Source of the DNA: Chitinophagaceae bacterium
GTDB taxonomy: Bacteria; Bacteroidota; Bacteroidia; Chitinophagales; Chitinophagaceae
Direction of reading: 5' to 3'
Assembly (NCBI GenBank): GCA_043789265.1
Contig: JAYWIB010000413.1
Coordinates: 1-39,582 of the forward strand
Length of the DNA stretch: 39,582 nucleotides
The position numbers and the translations under genes are program-made. A model generated the notes under the pieces. That model had not been told where the DNA came from. It did not search any database and saw nothing but the letters and a program-made list of their open reading frames with translations. Positions 28,880-39,314 of this stretch are shown here, piece after piece. The first letter of the stretch is position 1. Every line of letters starts with the position of its first letter.

Positions 28880-29049
28880 ATGTTTTTTTAATTCTGTTCT
28901 AAAGGATTTTTACCAGAGCGTATTCAGCACTATTTATAAATAACTTAAGTGGCGCAAAATACAAACAATGCATTTACAAAAACGCTGCCACATTATTTAC
29001 AGGGCAAATTAATGTTTAAAAGGAACACAGCGTGGTATTTTGTCATCCA

Positions 29050-30213
29050 TTACAGTTTATACAGCGCATCCATTTTATTCCAGGGCAGCAGCAGTCCGTC
29101 AGCAGTAGTCAGTATATCTTTTCCTCCATACACCACCATGCCCTTTTTGCTTTTTGTTTTGGCCAGGCTTCTGTAATAATTTACGCCGTCAAAAAAATGG
29201 GGTGACTTTGTTTGCCCGCTTTTAATTTCAACAGGATACAGGCCTGTATTGTTGTCTATAACACAATCCACTTCACGGCCATGATTGTTTCTCCAGAAAT
29301 AAAGATTGCTCTCCTGCCCCTGGTTCAGTTTGTTTTTCATTAAATCCAGTATCACCAGGTTTTCAAAAATTAATCCACGGGCAAAATGGGTTTGCAGTTG
29401 CGCCGGCTTTTCTATGCCGAGCAAGTAACACAGCAGCCCTGTATCATAAAAATATATTTTAGGCTGCTGCACCAGCCGCTTCGCAAAATTATTGCGGTGT
29501 GGTTTTAATAGAAAAAGTATGTAACTCATTTCTAAAATGCTTACCCAGGATTTTACAGTATTTACAGCTATGCCCACATCCGATGCAAGCGAAGAAAAGT
29601 TAATGAGCTGCCCGGTTCTTCCGGCCACGAGTTTTAAAAATTTGATAAACAGCGATGCCTCTGTAATTTTTGTTATCTGCAGCACATCCCGCTGTACATA
29701 GGTTTGTAAATAAGCCGGATAAAATAAAGAGGGTGGAATTTTCTTATCAAATATCCTTGGGAAAAAGCCGGTAAAGGCCACTTCTTCAAAGGTTTTTTTT
29801 AGCTGCGATGCTGCCTGCAGTTCGGTGATGGAGAATGGCAGCAGGGTAAGCAGCCCCACCCTGCCTGCAAGTGTTTGTGCAATGTGCTGGTTCAATAAAA
29901 AATTTTGTGAGCCGCTGAGTACAAATTTTATTTTTGGATTGATGTCCACTATGCCTTGTATGTAGGAGAAAAGCTGTGGGGCATTTTGCACTTCATCAAG
30001 AATGGCGCCTTTGGGATAGTTTTCTAAAAAACGCCTGGGGTCTCTTAAGGCAAACTGCAAATCATCCGGGTTTTCTAAAGTGCTATACGGCAGCGCCGGA
30101 AAAGTATTTTTTAGTAAAGTAGACTTGCCCGACTGCCTGGGGCCATTGAGAGACACCACAGGAAAGTAACGGTATAATTGCTTTAGTTTTTTTACAAGCT
30201 GTCTTTGCACCAT
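29050..30213 (-). CDS. AAA_14 ATPase with C-terminal DUF4143 (PD-(D/E)XK-like) domain
   Basis: Motifs GPRQSGKST, LDEVQ, SGSQ, LAGR, PKIYFYDTG and EVD...EIKS. Confidence 0.9.
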   Translation of the reverse strand: MVQRQLVKKLKQLYRYFPVVSLNGPRQSGKSTLLKNTFPALPYSTLENPDDLQFALRDPRRFLENYPKGAILDEVQNAPQLFSYIQGIVDINPKIKFVLSGSQNFLLNQHIAQTLAGRVGLLTLLPFSITELQAASQLKKTFEEVAFTGFFPRIFDKKIPPSLFYPAYLQTYVQRDVLQITKITEASLFIKFLKLVAGRTGQLINFSSLASDVGIAVNTVKSWVSILEMSYILFLLKPHRNNFAKRLVQQPKIYFYDTGLLCYLLGIEKPAQLQTHFARGLIFENLVILDLMKNKLNQGQESNLYFWRNNHGREVDCVIDNNTGLYPVEIKSGQTKSPHFFDGVNYYRSLAKTKSKKGMVVYGGKDILTTADGLLLPWNKMDALYKL

Positions 30214-30232
30214 CTTTCAAAGATAGAAAGAT

Positions 30233-30269
30233 TTGTACAAATTTGCAATTGGATTGCAAATTTGTACAA
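30233..30269. repeat. Perfect 17-bp inverted repeat
   Basis: TTGTACAAATTTGCAAT-tgg-ATTGCAAATTTGTACAA. Confidence 0.9.
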
Positions 30270-30274
30270 GTATC

Positions 30275-31957
30275 TTAGCTTAGATATTTGGCCACAATTG
30301 GCACCCGGCGCCCTACACCAAAGGCTTTTGGAGAAATGCGGATGATAGGGCAAAACTGATTTCGTTTGTACTCGTTCAGGTTTACCATCTTCAAAACCCG
30401 ATCCGTAAGTGATGCTTCAAAGCCCTGCGCTTTTATTTCCTGCGGACCCTGCCGGCGTTCGATGTACTGAAATAAAATTTTATCAAGGATGGCATAATCG
30501 GGAAGCGAATCTGCATCTTTTTGTCCGGGACGTAATTCTGCCGAAGGCGCTTTTGTAATAATATTTGCCGGAATAATTTCACTGTGCAGGTTAATATGAT
30601 GTGCCAGTGCATATACCTGCATTTTATAGCAGTCACCGAGCACGCCCAGCCCTCCGGCCATATCACCATACAGTGTGCCGTAGCCGGTGGCCAATTCACT
30701 TTTATTAGAAGTGTTTAACAGTATATAACCAAACTTATTTGCTATCGCCATTAATAAATTTCCACGGGTGCGGCTCTGTAGGTTTTCTTCTGCAATGCTG
30801 AAGGGCAGGTTATTGAAAAGAGGCTGCAGCGCTGCCAGAAAACTATCGTAAATATTTTTTACAGGTACCACATCGTAAGGATTGCCCAATGTTTTACTCA
30901 ACTGCTCTGCATCGGTTACGCTATGCCCGGTGGAATACTGTGACGGCATTAATACCGCCCTTACATTGGAAGCACCCAATGCAGTGCATGCAAGTGCAAT
31001 GGTTACTGCACTGTCTATACCGCCACTGCTGCCGATGATGGCTTTGCTAAAACCCATCTTGGCAAAATAATCTTTTATACCCATCACAATGGCATCATGC
31101 ACCTGCTGTATGTTAAGATTTTCTTCAAGCCCTGCAGGGTTTAATTCTTTATCGGGCATACGTGCTGCCGTTTCAATAATAGGGGCATCTATGGTACCAT
31201 CTTCATTCAACACAAATGACTGCAATGCTTCTTTAAACAACGGAAGCTGACCGCAGAGATTGGCATGCTTATCAAATACAAGTGAAGCGCCATCAAAAAC
31301 TATTTCCGTCTGGCTGCCCACGCCATTGCAATAAAACATGGGCAAGCGATACTTTACAACATTGGCTTTAATGGTAGCCTTGCGGTCTTCATCATGCGTA
31401 TAATCAAATGGTGAAGCAGAAATATTCAGCATAAAATCAGGCTGCTGCTCCATCAGTTTATCCATTGGGCATGTGCGGTAAAGCGGGTTATGGCCAAGGT
31501 TCCAGATATCTTCACAAATGGTGAGTGCGATTTTTTTTCCTTTAAAATGTATCACATTCCATTCATATGCAGGTTCAAAATAACGGTATTCATCAAACAC
31601 GTCATAGGTAGGCAGGCAGGTTTTGTGAGCAATGCTTTTTATTTGTTTTTCATACAAAAAGAAAGCTGCATTGAATAAATCTTTTCCTTCTTTTATTTTA
31701 TTGCGGTCAGGTGCACCCACTACCACGGCAATACCGTCGGCATGCTCTTTAATGCTGTTGATGGCGGCATAACTCTTTTCGATAAAATCATTAAACTCTA
31801 AAAAATCACGGGGCGGATAGCCGCATACACACAGTTCGCTAAAGATAATTATATCACCACCCTGTTGCTTTGCAGTTTTTACTGCTTCAATGATTTTTGC
31901 AGTATTGCTTTCAAAGTTGCCGATGTGATAATTTTGTTGTGCTAAAAATATTTTCAT
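30275..31957 (-). CDS. nadE: Glutamine-dependent NAD+ synthetase
   Basis: Nitrilase-like N-domain (GYPPRD, ICEDIW) plus SGGIDS, NKSE, GYGTLYGD and PSAEL. Confidence 0.95.
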   Translation of the reverse strand: MKIFLAQQNYHIGNFESNTAKIIEAVKTAKQQGGDIIIFSELCVCGYPPRDFLEFNDFIEKSYAAINSIKEHADGIAVVVGAPDRNKIKEGKDLFNAAFFLYEKQIKSIAHKTCLPTYDVFDEYRYFEPAYEWNVIHFKGKKIALTICEDIWNLGHNPLYRTCPMDKLMEQQPDFMLNISASPFDYTHDEDRKATIKANVVKYRLPMFYCNGVGSQTEIVFDGASLVFDKHANLCGQLPLFKEALQSFVLNEDGTIDAPIIETAARMPDKELNPAGLEENLNIQQVHDAIVMGIKDYFAKMGFSKAIIGSSGGIDSAVTIALACTALGASNVRAVLMPSQYSTGHSVTDAEQLSKTLGNPYDVVPVKNIYDSFLAALQPLFNNLPFSIAEENLQSRTRGNLLMAIANKFGYILLNTSNKSELATGYGTLYGDMAGGLGVLGDCYKMQVYALAHHINLHSEIIPANIITKAPSAELRPGQKDADSLPDYAILDKILFQYIERRQGPQEIKAQGFEASLTDRVLKMVNLNEYKRNQFCPIIRISPKAFGVGRRVPIVAKYLS

Positions 31958-32046
31958 AATAGACCGCCTTACAGGATCATCCCTTTATGTTTGTAATAAA
32001 AGTTATTTATTTGTAAAGTTAAAACTTTAAACCCCATTCAATTAAG

Positions 32047-33057
32047 ATGCGATTATTTATTGCGGCAGCTATTGTATCATGTATTTTTTTTTCGTGTGCG
32101 GATACTGATACGCCCGATGTTTCTGGCATACAGATAAAACTGACCACGGAGCGTTTTGAGAAAAAATTATTTGATACAGTCAGCAACAATCTTACCGATT
32201 ATCTCCGGCAGTTGCAGCATGACAATCCAACGTTTACCAGCAATTATTTAAAAACCATTTTAAATGTAGATCCTCAATGGCCGATAGATTCTGCTGCCAG
32301 TTATGTAAATGGTTTTATTACCGCTTACCGCCCATTGTATGATTCTGCCGAAAAGATATTCTATGATTTTTCTCCTTATGAAAAAGAAATACGCAGGGCG
32401 ATGCAGTATGTAAAATATTATTTTCCTCCTTATAAGCTGCCCGAAAAAATAATTACTTATATCGGCCCTGCAGACGGGTATGGCGATGTGCTGACACCTG
32501 CTGCATTTTTGGTTGGCCTGCATCATCATCTGGGTAAAAACTTTGGTTTATATAAATCAGAAATGGTGCAGCAGTATTATCCCGAATACATCTCTCAGCG
32601 GTTTGAACCTTCATACATTTCCATCAACTGCATGAAAAATATTGTGGATGATATGTATCCTGAAAAAGAAGATGATAAGCCACTGATAAATCAAATGATA
32701 GAAAAAGGAAAACGGCTGGCTTTACTTCAAAAATTTTTACCAGGCACAGCAGCATATAAATTAATTGGCTATACTGCGGAGCAGTTAAACGACGGCTATA
32801 AGCATGAAGCAGCCATTTGGGATTTATTTATAAAAAACAATTACCTGCAGGTAACGGATAAAAATATTATAAAGAATTATGTGGAGGAAAGCCCCAAAAC
32901 GCAGGAACTTGGTGAAGGTGCACCTGGCAACATCGGTTCTTTTGCCGGCTGGCAAATTGTAAAAAAATACATGCAAAAAAATCCGGCAGTTACATTGCCT
33001 CAATTAATGAATACAGATGCAGAAACAATTTTTCAGCAGGTAAAATATAAACCCTAA
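32047..33057 (+). CDS. gldB: Gliding motility lipoprotein GldB-like
   Basis: FFSC lipobox, RFEKKLF, MIEKGK and PGNIGSFAGWQIVKKYM. Confidence 0.8.
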   Translation: MRLFIAAAIVSCIFFSCADTDTPDVSGIQIKLTTERFEKKLFDTVSNNLTDYLRQLQHDNPTFTSNYLKTILNVDPQWPIDSAASYVNGFITAYRPLYDSAEKIFYDFSPYEKEIRRAMQYVKYYFPPYKLPEKIITYIGPADGYGDVLTPAAFLVGLHHHLGKNFGLYKSEMVQQYYPEYISQRFEPSYISINCMKNIVDDMYPEKEDDKPLINQMIEKGKRLALLQKFLPGTAAYKLIGYTAEQLNDGYKHEAAIWDLFIKNNYLQVTDKNIIKNYVEESPKTQELGEGAPGNIGSFAGWQIVKKYMQKNPAVTLPQLMNTDAETIFQQVKYKP

Positions 33058-33060
33058 TCA

Positions 33061-34185
33061 TCATGCAGCCTGCACCTGCTGCGGCGCCGGGGTTTTCTTT
33101 TGCTTTACAATTACAGGCTGTTGCCCCAGCATTTTCATTACACGAAAGTGGGAAGCTACGGCTTCGCTCAATGTATCATATTTATTATAAGGCAAATTAA
33201 ATTCCCTGCATTTTTCCATTACTATGTTGCTGATGGCGGGGTAATGAATGTGACTTACTTTAGGAAAAAGATGGTGTTCAATCTGGTAATTTAAACCCCC
33301 AACAAACCAGGAAATTATTTTATTACCCATTGCAAAGTTGGCAGTAGTTTTTAATTCATGCTCGGCCCACGCCGTCTCAATATGCTTTGTTTCATCAAGC
33401 GCTACATTTTCAAACTCGGTATTTTCCACTACATGCGCCAGTTGAAAAACGAGTGAAAGTGTAAGACCCATAGCGGCATTCATTATAAAAAAACCGGCGA
33501 GCCAGGGGCCAATACCCCACACCATGGCCGGTACTATCATATAAAATGTAACGTACCCAATTTTTGTAAGCCAGAATACGAGGTGATTTTTTAGAGACAT
33601 CTTCCAGGCTGCTGTGGTATAAATTTTACGTGAAAAATATTTTTTAAAATCCATAGTAAATACCCAGAACAATGTACTGAGTGCATATACAGGCAGCAGG
33701 TACAAGTGCTGTATCTTGTGAGCAGGCACCCATTTTTGTGTTTCGCATTGGCGTATGATGGGGCTTTTTGCAATGTCGTCATCAATACCATCTACATTGG
33801 TGTAGGTATGGTGTATGATGTTGTGCTTTTGTTTCCAGAAATATGCTGAAGCACCCATTGCATTCATTGATAAGCCAAGTGCATCATTCAGTAAGGGCCG
33901 GGTACTGTAGCTTCCATGATTGGCATCATGCATTACACTAAAACCGATAGAGGCCATTGTAAAGCCAAGCAGACCCGCCAGCAGCAATGCAGGCAGCGCA
34001 GGCAATTGTAAAAAAATAAGACTGCTGTAAATAGCAATAGCAGCACCAATCAATATAATGGTTTTAATAAAGAGCCGCCAATTGCCGGTTTTTTTAAGAT
34101 TGGCCGATTCAAAATATTGGTCTACTGCTGTCTTCAAACTTATGTAAAACTGATTGTTCCGGTTGTCGAAAGTTATTTTTGCCAT
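33061..34185 (-). CDS. Membrane fatty acid (acyl-CoA) desaturase
   Basis: His boxes HDANH, HNIIHH and QIEHHLFP. Confidence 0.93.
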   Translation of the reverse strand: MAKITFDNRNNQFYISLKTAVDQYFESANLKKTGNWRLFIKTIILIGAAIAIYSSLIFLQLPALPALLLAGLLGFTMASIGFSVMHDANHGSYSTRPLLNDALGLSMNAMGASAYFWKQKHNIIHHTYTNVDGIDDDIAKSPIIRQCETQKWVPAHKIQHLYLLPVYALSTLFWVFTMDFKKYFSRKIYTTAAWKMSLKNHLVFWLTKIGYVTFYMIVPAMVWGIGPWLAGFFIMNAAMGLTLSLVFQLAHVVENTEFENVALDETKHIETAWAEHELKTTANFAMGNKIISWFVGGLNYQIEHHLFPKVSHIHYPAISNIVMEKCREFNLPYNKYDTLSEAVASHFRVMKMLGQQPVIVKQKKTPAPQQVQAA

Positions 34186-34360
34186 GATTGAAGGATGATT
34201 GGATTTTATTTAAACTCTGTTAAAAAGTATAAATAAAATACGTTATCAATTTTTATAAAGATAGTCTTTAAAAATAAATGGGAGGGATTATCGTTAGTTT
34301 TTAACAGTAGAAATTCCTGTACAACACACCTATTTTAACCGGTGCATTAGTAAACGCTTG

Positions 34361-34747
34361 CTAATTCATTTTAAACGGAACCATCATTTCGAAAGATGGA
34401 ATAATTACATCAAATATTTTTTTGCTGCTGATATTTTCCATTTGATAGGTGCCATGCATTTTACCCATCTCTGTTTTTAAATTGCAACCGCTGATATACT
34501 GGTAATTTTCACCAGGATTTATCTGTGGCTGCACGCCAATAACACCCTCTCCTTCCACCTCTCTTACTGATCCGTTGGAATCATAAATGTTCCAGTGCCG
34601 GTGTAATAATTTTACCGGGAATATGTTGTTGTTTTCAATGGTTATTCTGTAGGCAAACATAAACTCACTGTTTACAGGATTGCTGTATTCAGGCTGATAG
34701 AATGTTTCCACCGAAATTTTTATACCCTCTGAAATTTTTGAAACCAT
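34361..34747 (-). CDS. apaG: ApaG protein (start revised to MVSKIS)
   Basis: Motifs FAYRITIEN, RHWNI, GEGVIGVQP and GKMHGTY. Confidence 0.93.
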   Translation of the reverse strand: MVSKISEGIKISVETFYQPEYSNPVNSEFMFAYRITIENNNIFPVKLLHRHWNIYDSNGSVREVEGEGVIGVQPQINPGENYQYISGCNLKTEMGKMHGTYQMENISSKKIFDVIIPSFEMMVPFKMN

Positions 34748-34808
34748 TGCAGTGTAATTGTTGTTTGTAAAAGTAAGGATGTTAATGCTGCTGTTATATG
34801 GTGCTGTG

Positions 34809-35150
34809 TTAAATCTTTCGTGCCTGTGTATATCCATTTTTTTTACACCATTCAGCAATCTTTTCCCTGTTGTCGCCCTGCACTATTATAGCGCCGTCTT
34901 TTACAGACCCGCCCGTACCACAAAAAGTTTTAAGGCTTTTGCCCAGGTACTCCCTGTTTGCATCACTGCCGGTAAAACCCAGCACCAGTGTAACAGCCTT
35001 GCCTGCTCTTTGTTTTGTATCCAGCCGTATTTGTAATTTTTGTTGTGCAGCAGGCAATGTTTCTTCTATGGCTTCTTCTGCGGCTACTTTAAAATTTGGA
35101 TCTGTAGAGTATACCAGCCCGCCCGGTGCATGTATTTTTTTTGCTTTCAT
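34809..35150 (-). CDS. SUI1/YciH family translation initiation factor
   Basis: Motifs LVYSTD, RAGKAVT, CGTGGSVKDG and VQGD. Confidence 0.9.
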   Translation of the reverse strand: MKAKKIHAPGGLVYSTDPNFKVAAEEAIEETLPAAQQKLQIRLDTKQRAGKAVTLVLGFTGSDANREYLGKSLKTFCGTGGSVKDGAIIVQGDNREKIAEWCKKNGYTQARKI

Positions 35151-35160
35151 TGTTTATCGT

Positions 35161-36012
35161 TTACAATATTACTGCCTTCAGGCTTAGGTCCAGGCTGCGT
35201 GCCTGGTGTATAACAGCACCGCTGGAAATATAGTCTACCCCTGTGGCCGCATAGGTTTCCAGATTATCCAAATTGATACCGCCGCTTGCTTCTGTTTCAT
35301 ATTGCCCCTTTATAATCTGCAGTGCTTCCTTAATTTTTTCCGGGGTAAAATTATCCAGCATAATGCGATCAACTTTACCGGCAGCCATTACTTTTTTTAC
35401 ATCTTCAATGCTTCCTGTTTCTACTTCTATTTTAAGTTGAATTTGTGATGTTTGCACATAGGCATATGCTTTTTCAATAGCCTTTTCTATACCGCCGCAG
35501 TAGTCAATGTGATTGTCTTTAAGCATTATCATATCGTACAACCCAAACCGGTGATTAACGCCGCCGCCGATACGCACGGCTGCTTTTTCCAGTACCCTGA
35601 AGTTGGGAGTGGTTTTCCTTGTATCCAGCAATTTAGTTTTGTACCCCTGTAATTTGTCTGTGTATTTTTTTGTAAGTGTGGCAATGCCGCTCATGCGCTG
35701 CATGCAGTTAAGCACCAGTCTTTCACATTGCAAAATGGTATGCACCCCTGCCTCCACTTCAAATGCTTTTTCGCCATACAGCATAGCATCGCCATCTTTT
35801 TTAAAAGCAGTAAAAATAATACCGGGTTCCATATACCTGAAAATTTTTTCAGCCACCTGCATACCTGCTAAAATGCCTTCTTCTTTTATTTTTAGCACAG
35901 CCTTGCCCCTGGCAAGTTTATCAATGCTGCAAAGAGTGGAATGATCTCCATCGCCGATATCTTCTGCAAGCGCATTTTTTATTAATAATTTTATTTGTTC
36001 ATCTGTAGTCAT
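35161..36012 (-). CDS. nadC: Nicotinate-nucleotide diphosphorylase (carboxylating)
   Basis: Motifs DTRKTTP, HRFGL, KDNH, IMLDN and EASGG. Confidence 0.96.
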   Translation of the reverse strand: MTTDEQIKLLIKNALAEDIGDGDHSTLCSIDKLARGKAVLKIKEEGILAGMQVAEKIFRYMEPGIIFTAFKKDGDAMLYGEKAFEVEAGVHTILQCERLVLNCMQRMSGIATLTKKYTDKLQGYKTKLLDTRKTTPNFRVLEKAAVRIGGGVNHRFGLYDMIMLKDNHIDYCGGIEKAIEKAYAYVQTSQIQLKIEVETGSIEDVKKVMAAGKVDRIMLDNFTPEKIKEALQIIKGQYETEASGGINLDNLETYAATGVDYISSGAVIHQARSLDLSLKAVIL

Positions 36013-36029
36013 CTTAAAACAAAGCTATA

Positions 36030-36059
36030 AATAAAAATCCCCCGGACTAACCAGGGGAT
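36030..36059 (-). terminator. Intrinsic terminator after the DUF4783 gene
   Basis: Minus strand ATCCCCTGG-ttagt-CCGGGGGAT followed by TTTTATTT. Confidence 0.7.
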
Positions 36060-36085
36060 AAAATTTTTATTGGCAGAGTGGTTGC

Positions 36086-36466
36086 TTACCTGTTTTCAAA
36101 CCGCAGTTCCTGCAGTACCTGTGCATCTCCTTTTTGTTTCATAAAAATGGTAGTGCGGTAGGCGCCATTTTTTGTTTGCAGGGTGCCAATGCAATATTGT
36201 GAACCTGCATTTTCACCTTTGTGAATTACTTCAAATCCTTTAACAGGATTGGTTGCAAAAAAATCTTTGAGTACCATCTCTGCCTGGCTTTTGCTGTAGC
36301 TGTTGCTTTTGTCAGGCATACTGATTTCAACATTGCTGTCAAAAAATTTTGCCACCTGTGCAGCATTGCCTGTGCGGATAGAGCCGATCACATCATCAAT
36401 GCCAATTTTAAAAGTAAAAGAAGAAAACAAAGTGAGAAGAATGGCTGCGGTAACAATTTTTTTCAT
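36086..36466 (-). CDS. DUF4783 family exported protein (start revised to MKKIV)
   Basis: Signal peptide; GNAAQVAKFF, YSKSQAEMVLKDFF and IGTLQT. Confidence 0.82.
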   Translation of the reverse strand: MKKIVTAAILLTLFSSFTFKIGIDDVIGSIRTGNAAQVAKFFDSNVEISMPDKSNSYSKSQAEMVLKDFFATNPVKGFEVIHKGENAGSQYCIGTLQTKNGAYRTTIFMKQKGDAQVLQELRFENR

Positions 36467-36597
36467 GGTAAATGTTTCGTCCTTTATTTTACTAAAAACG
36501 TGCCAGCATATGCAATAGTATATCATTTGCTGCACAAACTGATAAACATAAGACGATGGAAAATAAAAAAAAGCTGCAAATGAATTAGCTTTGATTT

Positions 36598-38115
36598 ATG
36601 GACAATAAAAAAGTTATACTGATTATTATGGACGGGTGGGGACTGGGCAAGATAAAAAGCAGCGATGCCATTCAAAATGCCAACGTTCCCTTTGTGAGTT
36701 CCCTGTATAAAAAATATCCTAATAGCACCCTTGTTGCCTGTGGCGAAGACGTAGGCCTTCCTGCCGGGCAAATGGGCAATAGTGAGGTAGGGCATTTAAA
36801 CCTGGGCGCCGGAAGAATTGTATACCAGGAGCTGCAAAGAATAAATGTAGCAATAAAGACAGGCGAATTTCAACAAAACAGTATATTACTTGATGCTGTG
36901 CGCTATGCAAAACAACATAACAAACCCCTGCACCTTCTGGGCCTGGTAAGCGATGGCGGTGTGCATTCACACATCAATCATTTAAAGGCAATTGTAAGTT
37001 TATGTAAAGAAGAAGGGTTAAATAATGTGCTGATACATGCCTTTACAGATGGCAGAGATACTGACCCCAAAAGCGGGCTTGGTTTTTTAACTGAATTGCA
37101 GCAGCACCTCAATAATACTAATACAGGTAAAATTGCCAGCATTATTGGAAGGTATTATGCCATGGACAGGGATAAAAGATGGGAACGTGTGAGACTTGCA
37201 TATGATGCGCTGGTGCATGGCGCAGGCCAGCCAGCCAATGATATGTTAAAAGCAGTGGAGCAATCATACGGGGATGGAATTACAGATGAATTTATCAAAC
37301 CCATTGTAAACAGAACGCTTGCCAATACAAGTATTAAAGATGGAGATGCAGTGCTGTGTTTTAATTTTAGAACCGACAGGTGCAGGGAAATAACCGAAGT
37401 GCTGACGCAGAGAGATATGCCATTGTTTGTAATGAAAAAGCTTGACTTGCATTACAGCACTATGACGCAGTATGATCAAAGTTTTGAAAAGGTAAATGTA
37501 ATGTTTGAAAATGATGATTTAAAAAATACGCTGGGGGAAATACTGGAACAAAATAATAAAACGCAAATAAGGATTGCTGAAACAGAAAAATATCCCCACG
37601 TGTCTTTCTTTTTTAGTGGCGGCAGAGAAATACCTTTTGGGGGAGAAAGAAGGATAATGGTGCCTTCTCCAAAAGTGGCCACCTACGATTTACAGCCTGA
37701 AATGAGCGCCAATGAAGTAACACTTGCCATTGTAAATGAAATAGAAAATAATCCTGCCGATTTTATATGCCTCAATTTTGCCAATGCAGATATGGTGGGG
37801 CATACAGGTGTATGGCAAGCAGTGATAAAAGCCGTGGAAACCGTGGATACCTGCGTGGAAAAAGTGGTGACCGCAGCATTGAAACAGGACTATACAATTT
37901 TTCTTACGGCTGACCATGGCAATGCCGATTATGAAATAAATGAAGATGGTACACCTAACACTGCACACTCATTAAATCTTGTTCCACTTTTTGTAATCGA
38001 CCATTTATGGAGAGGCGATTTAAAACATGGTAAACTAGGAGACATTGCTCCTTCCATCCTTACCGTGATGGGGCTACCTATACCCAGGGAAATGACCGGA
38101 GATATTTTGATTTAA
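36598..38115 (+). CDS. gpmI: 2,3-bisphosphoglycerate-independent phosphoglycerate mutase
   Basis: Motifs MDGWG, GQMGNSEVGH, DGRD, AETEKYPH, DMVGH and ADHGN. Confidence 0.97.
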   Translation: MDNKKVILIIMDGWGLGKIKSSDAIQNANVPFVSSLYKKYPNSTLVACGEDVGLPAGQMGNSEVGHLNLGAGRIVYQELQRINVAIKTGEFQQNSILLDAVRYAKQHNKPLHLLGLVSDGGVHSHINHLKAIVSLCKEEGLNNVLIHAFTDGRDTDPKSGLGFLTELQQHLNNTNTGKIASIIGRYYAMDRDKRWERVRLAYDALVHGAGQPANDMLKAVEQSYGDGITDEFIKPIVNRTLANTSIKDGDAVLCFNFRTDRCREITEVLTQRDMPLFVMKKLDLHYSTMTQYDQSFEKVNVMFENDDLKNTLGEILEQNNKTQIRIAETEKYPHVSFFFSGGREIPFGGERRIMVPSPKVATYDLQPEMSANEVTLAIVNEIENNPADFICLNFANADMVGHTGVWQAVIKAVETVDTCVEKVVTAALKQDYTIFLTADHGNADYEINEDGTPNTAHSLNLVPLFVIDHLWRGDLKHGKLGDIAPSILTVMGLPIPREMTGDILI

Positions 38116-38133
38116 ACTGTGTAAAATCCAATA

Positions 38134-38634
38134 ATGAAAAAACTTTTGCGGCCCCTTGGCCTTTTTTTAATTGTCACACTGGTGGTAATGCAGTTTTTCC
38201 AAAGCGAAAAAAATAATAATGTATCTGCCACTGCTGTTGCCAGTGATATTAACCGTATTTATCCTCTGCCTGCAGATGTGCAGGAAGTCTTGCAAAAGAG
38301 CTGCTACGACTGTCACAGTAACAATACCGATTATCCTTGGTATGACAATGTTCAGCCCGTTTCTTGGTGGCTTCACCGCCATATAGCTGAAGGAAAAAAA
38401 GAACTCAACTTTAATGAGTTTGCCAGTTACAGGATAGGCAAACAATTTGAAAAACTGGAGGAGATTACAGAACAAATTAAAGATGATGAAATGCCGCTTT
38501 CATCCTATACACTGATACATACCGACGCAAAATTATCTCCGGAAAAAAAGACATTGGTTATACAATGGGCCGGCAATCTGAGAGATTCTATACGGGCAAC
38601 TTATCCTGCAGACAGCCTTGTTAAAAAAAAATAA
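38134..38634 (+). CDS. Haem-binding domain (cytochrome c-like) protein
   Basis: CYDCH haem motif, YPWY, LNF and a distal EMP. Confidence 0.88.
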   Translation: MKKLLRPLGLFLIVTLVVMQFFQSEKNNNVSATAVASDINRIYPLPADVQEVLQKSCYDCHSNNTDYPWYDNVQPVSWWLHRHIAEGKKELNFNEFASYRIGKQFEKLEEITEQIKDDEMPLSSYTLIHTDAKLSPEKKTLVIQWAGNLRDSIRATYPADSLVKKK

Positions 38635-38720
38635 CAGAACAAAAGTAAATACAATCTTATAACTCCCGTTCATAAAAAAGAATTGCAACTAAGGCCTTTT
38701 ATAATTTTAAAAAAATATTT

Positions 38721-39239
38721 TTGACACAGATGCTGTTGAGAAAGAAAATATATACAGGATTTTTTTTGCTGCTGCTGGCTTTACCATCCGTATTTTCTTT
38801 TGTATTATTTATTGCTGACGAAATCAATACTTTTCAAATAACCGAGCAACTGGAGCAGAGCGCTCTTACTAATGTTTCAATGAACATTGGTAAATTAGTT
38901 TGGGTAAATAAAGGAAAAGAAATACGGATAGACGGAAAATTGTTTGACGTTAAATCATACAGCATAAGCGGCAATACAGTTACGCTGAAAGGGCTGTATG
39001 ACATCATCGAAGATGAGATTTGCAAACAGGTAAAAGCCGTTAAAAATGCGCAAAAAAACAACCCAGGCCTGCCGCAGTTGCTGCTGGTACAATTGATGTT
39101 TCCGGCCATGGCAGATGTATCCGTTAAAAATGAAACACTATTTTTTTGCCCGCTGGATATTTGTAATTATCCATCTTATATAAACGCTTATTATGTAAAG
39201 CACTCCATTGCTGTACTTACTCCTCCACCCAATATTTAA
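38721..39239 (+). CDS. Hypothetical membrane-anchored protein with a C-terminal PPP motif
   Basis: N-terminal hydrophobic helix, EIRIDGKLFDV, ends LTPPPNI; start uncertain. Confidence 0.7.
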   Translation: MTQMLLRKKIYTGFFLLLLALPSVFSFVLFIADEINTFQITEQLEQSALTNVSMNIGKLVWVNKGKEIRIDGKLFDVKSYSISGNTVTLKGLYDIIEDEICKQVKAVKNAQKNNPGLPQLLLVQLMFPAMADVSVKNETLFFCPLDICNYPSYINAYYVKHSIAVLTPPPNI

Positions 39240-39314
39240 TAATACCGCATCATCTTTATTATTTATCCCTGTTTTAAAACAGAGATATTATTTATCATTT
39301 AGAAAAAATTACTG

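Noticed and set aside
36491-36505. Possible sigma-54 promoter TGGCACG-TTTT-TAGT before DUF4783
   Set aside because: The -24 element fits but the -12 element deviates from TTGC; a single weak match is not enough.
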